DNA from: Blepharisma stoltei ATCC 30299
Taxonomy: Eukaryota; Protista; Ciliophora
DNA: 64,000 nt
Direction: 5' to 3'
Assembly (NCBI GenBank): GCA_965603825.1
Contig: CBFDEM010000015.1
Span: forward strand, 620,001 to 684,000
The stretch's first letter is position 1, and each line of letters starts with the position of its first letter. Shown here one piece after another: positions 52,291-63,303 of the stretch. The position numbers and the translations under genes are program-made. Under the pieces are notes generated by a model that searched no databases, was not told the origin of the DNA, and was given only the letters and a program-made list of their open reading frames with translations.

Positions 52291-52856
52291 ATCAAGCTTA
52301 TAAATTGTAATTCTACAAAAGTTAATAGCTTTAAAGAAGTAAAAAAGTAATCTTTTAAATTTTCGTTAAACTATAATTATAAATTACCCCATTCCTTGCT
52401 CTAAAGTATATTTTATAGCTTAAAAATTTCTGCTTATAGATAGTTATTTCCTTGATGTATGCTCACAGGCAAGAAGCTTAGGATTACCTTCCAAAAACTT
52501 AGTTCAGGTATGGTTTATATTATTCTGATCAATTAAAAGAAAAATGCTATATCATTTTTCCTCCTTGCATATATCCATTCTATAGAATCTCTTAGTAAAA
52601 GTAATAATCATGATTACACAAGCCTGAACTCTTATTTATAAGTTGTCACCATAGAAAAGCATGGCGATTTTATCCAACTTTTAAATATCAATATAGCAAC
52701 TACGTATTATGGCTAAATTTAAAGTTTATTTTATAGTTTATTCTGGATTAAAGGCCCATTTGTATATCATTAACTTAGCCCTAATAACTCTAAGCTTGGC
52801 TACAACTAATCAAAATTTTATTTATAAGTCAATTTGCATTCAATAGATTTATAAGT

Positions 52857-53336
52857 TTATCCCATAGCGTGTCTATACGTATGCTCTCTTGCCTTCGCTA
52901 TAAATTCATCTTTACTTCTTTTAAGGACAGTGGTTGGGTCATGGGCATACCCACCAGCTGCATTTGGGTCATTTAATAAAGCAATTATATAGCTTATAAT
53001 GGTCTTTGGAGTAAATCTACTATTCCACCCACCGCCCACGCCACCACGAAAAATCGGCAAGCAAACATTTCCATTTCCATTTCCACTGTCTGAATAAACA
53101 TTTGGATGAAAAATAGGAGTAATAAATTTGCACGTAGGAGGGTTAGTTGGATAATCAGCAGGGAAATTTAGCTGAAATTCGAAAAGTCCTCCTTCATATG
53201 GAGTTCCAGGCGGGCCATTGAGAGTTCCCTTCCAAAGTCTGAAATTGTTTCCATCAATATCAGCTGTCGCATAAGGTAAAGGATCAGATCTCATCTCATT
53301 CAAGTCTCTCATAAGTCTTTCGGTTGCGCTGTCCAT
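52857..53336 (-). CDS. Divergent E2 enzyme with Gly-rich loop insertions, 159 aa
   Basis: WKGTLNGPPGTPYEGG, FHPN, GNVCLPIF, GGVGGGW, DPNAAGGY. Confidence 0.93.
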   Translation of the reverse strand: MDSATERLMRDLNEMRSDPLPYATADIDGNNFRLWKGTLNGPPGTPYEGGLFEFQLNFPADYPTNPPTCKFITPIFHPNVYSDSGNGNGNVCLPIFRGGVGGGWNSRFTPKTIISYIIALLNDPNAAGGYAHDPTTVLKRSKDEFIAKAREHTYRHAMG

Positions 53337-53429
53337 TTTTAATTATTAAGATTCTATAATTTTTTGAGGTTTTGTGCTATGATAGATTGATTTTATTTTA
53401 TTTCATTATATAAATTATAGATATCTAGA

Positions 53430-53740
53430 ATTATTGTAAAGAGCTCTACAATTCTTTGATTGAAACTCTTGCAGAAGAAAATTCAGATGCAGAGAATTTC
53501 TTTAGGATTGCTAAATACCAAAAAATAATATGCAGCATGAACGATTATGAAGAAAACCTTGAGACTTCTTATTTTCTTCTTTATTAATTTTCTGGAAATT
53601 TTGGTTATTTCTGTGATCGAATGACAGAGCTATTCAATAGCAGCTCCCTCTGTCTATAGAGACACAAATAATTAGTTAAAATTCATAATTCTATAAATTT
53701 CGCCCTATTGAATATATAAAAATGCAGCAAGAAGAAAAAG
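53430..53740 (+). pseudogene. Duplicated fragments of the USP at 42318 (mid-gene) and the USP at 43908 (upstream region + first codons)
   Basis: About 53430-53583 matches 42810-42961; about 53605-53740 matches 43790-43927, ending ATGCAGCAAGAAGAAAAAG. Confidence 0.85.
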
Positions 53741-53935
53741 CTTTTAAAATTTTGATTCAGCTGTTGAAATGATATAAATAATTGAGAATTTATAAAAATT
53801 ACAAAATGCGAGATATTACTTTATAAATGCAAATTAAATAATAACAAATAAAACCTTTAATGAAATTAAAAATTATTTATTCAATTAAATCAAAAATTTA
53901 TTTATGACATATTATCCATCTATAATTTATAGAAT

Positions 53936-54499
53936 ATGCAGGGCAACGACAACTCAATGGTAACTATAACTTTAATCGACATCGATGGTCGGCCAGCAGA
54001 AAAAGAGATAAATCTTAATTGAACCTTCTCTTTATTGGCAAGACCTCTATTAAACGAATATGAAGCAGATAATCAAAGTCTCGCTCTGAATAATGGAACA
54101 CTTTTAAGGTTGGTAGATCATCAAAGCGAAAAACTTCGTGACTTAGGATTTGAGGGCGAAAAAGTAGTAAAAATAATGCATGCAAAAAAAGGCTGTCCAG
54201 ATATATCAGTTCGCGTTGAAAATTTGATAAACTCATCAAAATTTAGTGTTATGGTAAACCCTTTATCAAAATGTTTTGATGTCTGCCAAATGCTTGAAAC
54301 CAGGACTGGATTACGTCTATTAAATAATAGAGAAGCTTCTGTTATGGTGAAATCCGTTTATTTGAATTTTGAAAACAATTATTATAAAACGCTGAGAGAT
54401 TTAAAAATAAAGCACAATGAAAGTTTGAATATCTTGAAATTTGAGCGTGGAGGTCTTTATTGTGCAAAACGAATCAATTATTATAAAGCACCAAATTAA
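53936..54499 (+). CDS. Divergent di-ubiquitin-like protein, 187 aa, ending FERGG-LYCAKRINYYKAPN
   Basis: ATG 53936; TGA=W at 54020 in the same position as the other Ubls (INLN-W-TF); two beta-grasp units (KLRDLGFEG, TLRDLKIKHN). Confidence 0.78.
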
Positions 54500-54644
54500 A
54501 TGAAAAGAGAGTCGAATTGAATAATGATTAAACTTTTAGTAATTTTCTGATATATTTCTTATAAAATTCATGCTGAGTCTCAAAAATATGCCAAAAACAT
54601 ATATTTTAATTGTTTTCTTATTTAATTTCATGTATTAAGAAATT

Positions 54645-55265
54645 TTTGACCCAAGCATACAGTCTATTTTTCTTATTCCAAGCTTATTACGAATGCCTCT
54701 CTCTAACTTTTAAAAAGTATCAGTCTTTTTGGTATCAAAAACACGAACTTCTTCATTAAATCAAACATAATTCTTATTTCATCCTTAAGCACTCTCAGAG
54801 TAGCCGAACTAGTAAATCTAAAGCTTTTAAAGAAAAATTTCCTTGTGTTGCCAAATCTAGTCTCTTTTTGTAATCTCTGATAGTTTCTTCTTTCTAAATT
54901 CGATGTCTTGGTTAATTTTAAATTTAGTTTTCATTAAATTAGTGAACTCAGAAAGCTTCATATTGCTACTTCTTATTTCAAGAAATTTCTTCTATCTCCA
55001 TATACTACAGAGATATGCAAATCAGGGATAATTTTGACCTCTAAGCAGCTGCTGTTCATGATTTTAAATCAAAGAGAGATTTTTCGCCATCAAGGTTGAA
55101 ATTGAGGTAGGTTGCATTTTTGAGATTAGTGAGGATTTTGAGATCATTAGTCAGGGAAAGGGCAGCTTGTATATTGTAATAGAGCTCAAAAAATATCATA
55201 CTGGCTGAGGCTTTAACTACAAAGTTTTCTCCTCCAATTACATGAATTCTAATCCTTATGGACAT
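54645..55265 (-). pseudogene. Frameshifted, 3'-truncated copy of the tri-Ubl at 45413
   Basis: Close nucleotide match to 45530-46147 with several indels; the GG end is lost. Confidence 0.88.
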
Positions 55266-56203
55266 TTTATCGCTAAATCTATAAATTTTTATTAAATATG
55301 AAATTTTGCTTTTTATATATTTTATTATAAAAATTTTAGACCTAATAAGGAGATCTGTTAATTAGAATTTTATAGCAGCTTGCAAAGATCACAAACTGGA
55401 AGAGAATGTAGTAATTTATATCTAATTTCTTGTTAAATTTTGCTATCTCAAGAGATGTAATGAATTTTTATATATATTATATCCTGAATGAGGGATTTTT
55501 ATTTGCTATCTTGATTATTTCTTCTACTTTAAGTGGAAATATTTATCTTTTCGCATAACCTGTAGAGTGCAGAGAACAATTTGTCTTGAATAAATAAATA
55601 TAGAGAATTTGCCAAATTACTCTTGCAGGTTTAAATTTCAAATAATATAATTAGCATACGATATAGCTCGCTATCAACTGCTAATTCAAGTTTTGGTAAA
55701 TGATTGAGTTTATAGTGGCTTAGCTATAATTTATAATCTAAGCTCTTCAGCATTATCATTTATGGCTAAAAATATCTTCAAAATATCATATTTTTAACCT
55801 GAATAAATTTCTTTATTAGAGAAATAAAATATTTCATATTTTCGACTTAATTTTTTAAACTACTGCAAGTATATGATGCATCAGATTTAAATACTTATTT
55901 CATAAAACAAGAATAATTTCTTCATGATTATTATTTAATTACAAAATTCAAATAAAAAGCTAGATTAGAAAATGCCTAAAATTTATAAATTGCTTAAAGC
56001 AGCAATGAATATAAATTTTTTCTTTATAGAAATTACCTTTCATATCCATATAATCTTATATGTATTTTATCACTTTATATAAATATTTTGGAAATAAAAG
56101 ATAGATCTTCAATGAAATTTTGGGTTCTCATTGTAAGCTTATTAAGAAAATATAATAAAATCTCAAAATTAGATATTTTAATAATTTAATAACATCTGTA
56201 GAA

Positions 56204-56618
56204 ATGGAAAGACTTCAAGCTGAGCTTAACGCAATTCAATTGGAAAGTCATTCAGAATACTCTTTGAAATAGTTAATAACAATTTTTTCCACTGGAAAGG
56301 CACTCTTCAAGGGCCTCAAGACACTCCTTACCAAAATGGAAAATTTAGGTTCGAAATTGTTTTCCTCAAAATTACCCTGCATCACCTCCTGATTTTTTTC
56401 AAAACAAAGATTTTTCATCCCAATATATACGAAGTCAACGGAGAAACTTGTGTGAGGGTTCTAAATATTTCTTATAATAGAAATATCCCAGCTAGAATTA
56501 TTATTGCTTATGTATTTGATCTGCTGGCCAATCCTAATTCTGATGCAGGGTATGTCCAAGATTCAACTCATGCTTATTTGTATAATAGGCCAGGATATAC
56601 ATCTATGGCTACTGAGTG
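56204..56618 (+). pseudogene. Frameshifted copy of the E2 at 46615
   Basis: Near-identical to 46615-47032, with 1-nt deletions at about 56263, 56365 and 56392 and a truncated 3' end. Confidence 0.9.
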
Positions 56619-56882
56619 TTCGATCCTCCTTATCTTAAGAAGAAAAAGCTTATAATAGAAGTATATTTTTAAGGATTTTATAAAAATTATTTTTAATAAT
56701 AAAAAAATTTTCTAAATAGGACTACATTGCATTTTTAGAAATTGTAATATTTTCCTGCTGAAGTTTTATCTTAAACTCAATAATCATTTTCCAAGAATTT
56801 AAACAAACTTTGCAAAGACATAATAATTCATTATTTGCTTAATGATAAATTTCCTAACCAAATCCAATTTAAAAATCCAAAA

Positions 56883-58775
56883 TTAATTTTTATTTTTATA
56901 GAAAAGCATATAAGCGCATCTAAAATTCGGCTTATCAGCAAAAGAAACCATCGAATCGTTATACTCAACTCATGAATTTTCAGCCTCACAATAAGTATAA
57001 GCAAAATAGTGCCCAGACAAATTGGTCCCAATATGACAGATAACTCCATAAAGTCTATAATTGTTGTTTTCAATTGTTATATTGTCTTCTGGAATAAAAG
57101 AGGTTGGTGCCGGAGTCAAATAGAAAACTAAATTAGCTCGGGTCTCAATAGAAGTTGTCTCAATTGTCATATCTCTCAAGCAGTCACATTTGTCACAATA
57201 AAGAGCATTCGCACCTTGAAATCTCTCTGGATTCTTTAATCCATCTATATAGCTTTGGATACTCCTTATCCTATTTGTAGGTACCACAAAAAACGAGGAG
57301 CTTTCTTCTGGAGAGCCTGCATCATGCCCTCTACAAATAAACCTTTTAACTCTTTTTATCAAAAACAAGTCGAAATTAGGCTTTTCGTCAGCGACTTTTG
57401 AGATGATAATTTGGAAAAGCTCTTTAGAGTCATTTTGGGTGCATCCTTGGAACTAAATAAAGGCTACCATTGAGAATTCTGAGCTTAATTCATTTTTGAA
57501 TTGGGAAATAGCAGAGGCTAAATTGCCTGATTTTGATTTCATTAGCTTAAAGATATTAGAAAGATATGTGAAAAAAGGTTGATTTATCCAGGCTACTATA
57601 CCTTCAAAACCTTCAGTGCTAACTAGAATTTGCAATACAGAATTCATATAGCAAGTATTTCCAATATTAGGTAGGCCGCTATTGCAGTTCGCCAGAGATT
57701 TAGGTTTTGGGGTACACACGATGCCATATGCGTAAGAATTATCAGTTCTTTTGATATCATATGCCGCATTATAGGGGTGAACTATGTTTTTTCTATCATC
57801 TTCAAAGCGATTTCTTCGACTTCTCTCATTTCCGATTTCGCTAATATTGCTCCCAATCGACTTTTGGACAATACTCTCCGTCTTATTCTCTTTTGAAGCT
57901 TGGAAATTTTGTAAACTTCAAGCAGGCACAGGATTTGCTTGAGAGTTCTGATATTTGTCTTCTCGGTAATGCAGGTCCTTATTTCTTCCCCAATTATCTT
58001 GAACTGGGCTAGGACTTTTGTAAATACTATAGATAGCATCATACTGAGAATTCTGAGGATTCTTTACATGATCGAAGTTTTGATTTTCGCTCTTTGGTAC
58101 TCTATTAAGATTACGGCTTTGTCTCTCATCTTGATCTTGGGTTTTATTTCCAAATGTATAACTTACGTCATAATGTCTTTTATCTGTATAATGAACATTT
58201 AAATTAGTATCTTTTAGCGCTACATCTCGGGTGACCCTTGAATTGATCTTAATATTTTGGTTTGTAATTTTTAATTTTTCTTCGTTCTGGTTTGGCTTTT
58301 GTTGAGGTGCTTGAATAGTCTTTGAAGATCCAGAACTTTGTTTTGGTTCTTGTGGCTTTGATGGCGTGCTTACAACTTTGCTAATTCCACTTCGACTTTC
58401 AGGCTTGCTTACGCCAGCATTGCTAGAATTTCTTGAGTTTGCATTAGATGACAATTTATTGCTATAGATGATACTTCTTGCTTTATCTTCATTTCCTTTT
58501 TTCCCTGAACTTTGACTTAGTTCTTGCGGTTTTGGTGGCGTGCTTAAAACTCTGTTATTTCCACTTCGACTTTCAGGCTTGCCTAAACCAGTATTGCTTG
58601 AATTTCTTAAGTTTGCATTAGTTGACAATTTGTTGCTATATGAGATACTTCTTGCTTCACCTTCATTTATTTTTTTCTCTGTTATAGATTGGGTTTTTGG
58701 ATTAATTGGTCTTCTTGGAATATCAGCATTCAAATAATTATGATTGCCTTTGACCGGACCTGGAAATTTTCTCAT
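56883..58775 (-). CDS. USP-family peptidase with long disordered, internally repeated N-terminus, ~625 aa
   Basis: ORFs 57918, 57453 and 56970 share a frame; TGA=W at 57918 and 56970; intron 57453-57467; GLPNIGNTCYMNS; QNDSKE; SGHYFAY. Confidence 0.87.
58340..58670 (-). repeat. Two-copy ~59-aa coding repeat in the USP N-terminus
   Basis: NEGEARSISYSNKLSTNAN..KPESRSG..STPPKPQE versus NEDKARSIIYSNKLSSNAN..KPESRSG..STPSKPQE. Confidence 0.85.
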
Positions 58776-59636
58776 TTCTATAAATTAAGGTTACCGGAAA
58801 AATAAGTTACAAGATTTAATTAGAATAATTCCTATAACTATTGAAGCAATTATTTTATATCAATAAGATAAAAAATTATATCTAGTAAACTAAGTCTAAA
58901 ATTACTTTGTGAATATTTATCAAATCAAATTTCAACTTTGCTTTTCAAAATAAAATTATAGATTTAAATATCTCCAAGTCATTAATATGAATTATTATAT
59001 AATTGATCACTAGCTTTATGCTTTTAGCTAAATAAATATCCTTCTAATACAAATGTGCTCTTTTAATATGATAGCCTAAAATTCACTTAGACTATCTGTG
59101 CTGCCAATACAAGGGATCAAGGTATAAAGGAACTCTGAGCTTCAAGTAATTTGATGTGCTATTCTACCTAAATTTTAATATAGAAACTGCTGATAATTTT
59201 TTTAGATTATGCTCAACTTTAGCATAACTGATTAATTCAAATTCTTTTTCATTAGTTTGAGGTTACACCAGCTAAGATCATATCTATTGTCAGTGATTTA
59301 ATCAGTAGTAAATTTGATTCTATAAATTTAACATATTTTTCAACGCTAAAAGATAGTTTAAATGTTTAGAAAGATTTTAGAAGAATTTTTGATCTTCCAA
59401 GTCTTAAACTGAATATGCTAAGAAAATTCGTCCTCTATTTCAAATTCATCTTGATAAAAGCAAATACTGATGATCTTTTATAGATTAAGCTACTGTAAAT
59501 ATGCATCAGAATAAAGTAATAACTTTCTTTGCAATTATTAAAAGAAAATATAAAATTTATTCTAGATATTTGTTGGCCTCAAGCATAAAATATTTAAAAT
59601 TTAATTCTACAAATTCAAGTATGAAAAACATAGAGA

Positions 59637-60575
59637 ATGATGATATTAAATTTTCTTAGGAAGATTTTTGGCTACTTTTTCGATTCTCCAAGGCCTATAA
59701 TAAGTATACAAAATTTACCAACTCTAAGTATTGTTCCTGAAAAAAAGCTAGTATTTCCTATTTGAGCATCCCAGCCAGATGGCATAAAATCTCATAAACA
59801 GGGACTCCCTAATGTTGGGAATACCTGTTATTTAAATGCTCTTCTACAAGTATTATCAAGCACTCCAGATTTTGTTCAAAAATTACCTTCAAATTCAAAA
59901 ATATGTGTTTCACTGTCAAGAGTTATATCATGAGTCCAACAGAAAGGCAGACTTTCAATTTTCGCTGAAATAAAAAAGCTTCAGCTATATTTATTTCAAG
60001 AATTCCGCATGGTAATAAATACGTAGTTTAACGAGCACTCAGAAAATGACCCAAAAGAGCTTTACTTATCATTAATGGGCCTTTTGCCAGATTCAAGCGA
60101 TTTCTCTATAATTTTATATAAGAAAATTCTATGCAAACTATGCCACAATTTTTCAAATTTAGAAGAGCCATCTCTCTTTTGCATTCTAAAAAATCCATCA
60201 AAAAAAGAAATTGAAGAGAAATTAAAAAATCTCGAAGAAGAAAAAGAGTATAAAGGGGGAAATTTATTGTATTGTGAAAATTGCTCGGCAAACAGGGAAA
60301 TGGTAATGAGCACCTTTGGCATAAATATACCAAACATTTTTGTATTTTATATTGGGAATGTGTTGGGCAAAAGAGCTCAAGGAGCTTATAATTTCTTTTA
60401 TTGTGGTGATAAATTTGAGCTATATGGGGTAATATGCTATTATAATAGTGGGTGTAGGCATTATATTGCATATACATTAGATAATGCAGAGTGAATGCAA
60501 TATAATGATGACCATATTAGCTACTCATCACCTGATTTTGAGCATGCTTATATGTTATTTTACAAAAAGACATAG
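59637..60575 (+). CDS. Minimal USP-family peptidase, ~307 aa
   Basis: ATG 59637; GLPNVGNTCYLNA; intron 60012-60026; ENDPKE; CENC; RHYIAY; W(TGA)MQYNDD; TAG at 60573. Confidence 0.87.
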
Positions 60576-60649
60576 CAAGCTAAATATACCTATTTATTAT
60601 TTTAAAATAAAGTGATAATTGTAGAATGTATAAAAATATCCTTAATAAA

Positions 60650-61010
60650 ATGATTCATATAGCGCAAGAATTTAATAAGCTCAAACGAACTACATAAAGG
60701 AATCGAGTTAATATAGGACAAGTTTTTCCATTGGAATGGACTGCTGATAGGCCTTAGAAACTCCTTTGAAGTTGGCAAATTTCGATTCAAGCTAATTTTC
60801 TATTCCAATTCTCCAACTTCTCTTCCGAATTTTTCTTCAAAACAAGAACTTTCCACCCAAATGTGGACTCTGACGGGAAAGCATGCACACAAGTTCTCAA
60901 ATTCACTTTGAGGCCAAATATATCAATAAGCAGCATCTTGAATTCTATATGCGTTTTGCTAAGAGAGCCCTAACCTGATGCAGGGTATTTTAACGACGCA
61001 AGCCTTAGAA
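60650..61010 (+). pseudogene. E2 pseudogene
   Basis: Fragments FHWNG, FEVGKFRF, FFFKTRTFHPNVDSDGKAC and EP*PDAGY, with stops and frameshifts. Confidence 0.82.
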
Positions 61011-61019
61011 AGCAATGAT

Positions 61020-61751
61020 AGGTTTACAAATTTCGTGAGGAGCATAGACAGCCACTCTTTTGCAGTGGCTTTATATGGAGTTTATAATATTATGAGAGAA
61101 AAAGAGATATCGAGCAGAATTTAAGGATTTTTAAAGATCAAGCTAACCAAAAATTTTCATTCGTAAGCTCTATGCAGCTTGATACATTTGGCCACCAAGA
61201 TTCAAAAGAGTTTTTAGTGTGCCTTTTATCAACATTAGAAGAGCTTTCTAGCGTAAGTTTGTCAAATATCACTCCAATTCAAGAGTCTATATGCATGAGT
61301 TGTATAAAGTCCCTACCATAATCAAGAAAATCAAAGCTTTTTTACGATTCCAAATAACCAAAAATCAAATCAGATGCATTTAAGAGACTTCAATGCAAGG
61401 TATAGAATTTTAGAGGAGATAATATACTCCATTGTCAATTTTGTGAATCTCTGAGGAATATAAGTATTAAAACTAAGAGAATTTTATTCTGAAATGCTAA
61501 TTTTTTATCTGCCAGCTTATAAAAATTTTCCTAATGCCAAAATTGAGGGAAAACTGAAGTTAGAAGAGTATGAATTCAGTCTCTATGGTTTTATATGAAG
61601 CTATGGCTCTGGAAATATTGGGCATTATACAACTCATATTAAAGATGGGAATGTTTGGAGATTATATAATGACTCAACTGTAAGTGATAAAAGCTATGAT
61701 GCAGGAAATAGCTATTTAGTTTTTTATTTATTAAATAAGTCGAGGACTTAA
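61020..61751 (+). pseudogene. USP pseudogene
   Basis: Eroded Cys box, conserved intron 61163-61177, HQDSKE, CQFC, IGHYTT, WRLYND, SYLVFY; internal frameshifts and stops. Confidence 0.8.
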
Positions 61752-61945
61752 AAAATCCATAAATAATTTCAGTTAATTTTGTATCGTATAATGTAAATTT
61801 TCTTTTATTTCAATTATAAAAGAATTAACTTAAATTAACAGGATATATCCTTTGCGAATTAGAAAAATAAATACTCATGCGCAAGGTTTAGCATATAACT
61901 ATTTATTGAAATCTAGTTCCATTATTAAAATTTATAGAAATCAAA

Positions 61946-62386
61946 ATGCAACGACTTATGGACGAGTTTATCAATCTGCAAGACAGACCAGAACCTTATA
62001 TCACTATAAACATAATAAATCACTCATTTTACAACTGAAAAGGAACACTTAATGGCCCTGATGGAACCCCATACGAAGGTGGCCTATTCGAGTTCGAAAT
62101 TACATTTCCACCAAATTTCCCAACAAGTCCTCCTGAATTTCTTTTTAAGACGCCAATTTTTCATCCAAACATTAGATCTGATGGGCACGTTTGTTGTGAA
62201 ATCTTTTCAAATGCCTGAAACCCAAAAGTCCCTGTTAGAAACATCATTTCGTATGCAGTAGGATTATTAAATGAGCCTGAACCAAGAGCAGGATACCAAG
62301 GACCTGCCACAGAATTATGCTTGAAGAATCGAGAAGATTTTAATAGGGAAGCAAGAAGATGGACTTTTGAGCATGCAATGGGGTAA
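61946..62386 (+). CDS. Divergent E2 enzyme, 146 aa (absent from the ORF track)
   Basis: MQRLMDEF..N-W(TGA)-KGTLNGPDGTPYEGG, FHPNIRSDGHVCCEIF, W(TGA)NP, EPEPRAGY, RWTFEHAMG*. Confidence 0.92.
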
Positions 62387-63303
62387 AAGGACAATTAAGA
62401 TAATAAATTCTAGTAAATCTTAAGAATTTTTAATTATCATTTTAAAATGTTTAGTAAGAGGTCTTAAGGTTATATAAATTGCAAAATACGAATACAGTGC
62501 AAAACGTATCACTGTTTTGAAAGACGATAAGTGATTAACTAAAAGCATTAAACTTATAAAATTAGAGTAAAAGAGTCCAGCACAGATAGTAAGATTTACA
62601 TATATTTCTGCAAGAGCATTGCTTGTCTTGGTCGGATAAGATATTAAATATGAGCATCTGATCTTTAATCATATATTCAAAATTTAATTATATCAATGAT
62701 AAAGGTAATTAGAATTGGCCTATATAATAAGAATGAATAAAACTTATTTAGATTTTTACTCCTTAATATATTGCTTTAGAAAACCGTATATTGATTAAGT
62801 TCTTATTTTGTTAGGCATAATCTAATAATTTGAAATCAGCTAGAGAAATTGGAGTTGCAAATACTGGGTCCCTTAAGTTTGCGAATGCCTACTATATTTG
62901 GAATTTTCATATTGTCTATCGTTCATCAGCTAAAAGTTAAAGCCAATTCTCAGGCACAGCTAAAGTCAAATAATTGTATATGCTATAAAGGGCACAATTT
63001 CTAAACTAAACCCTAATTCTAAATTTAATTACTGATTCTATATCATTCAAAAATATATAATTTTTATCAATCAAAGCTGATTGGCAAGCCACTTAAAATG
63101 CATCCATAGCTTAGACTTAGAAAGAAATCCTGTGCTTCTTGAGGGCTTTAGTCAAGAGAAGTTATCTAAAATGAAATTTGTAGAGTTCAGAAAGTCTTTT
63201 CAGAAAATCAGATTTGACAGTGAATCTTAATGTAAATATAAGCATAAATCAAAGCAATATTATGCTAAAATAAATTATAGAATCATAATTATTTCCTTAG
63301 AAA

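Noticed and set aside
863-62394. Many short antisense or alternate-frame track ORFs (e.g. 863-1126, 1375-1770, 27638-28171, 36822-37154, 45351-45725, 62052-62261, 62161-62394)
   Set aside because: They are shadows of well-supported genes and carry no domain signal.
63005-63020. AAACCCTAA as a telomeric repeat
   Set aside because: Single occurrence, not a tandem array.
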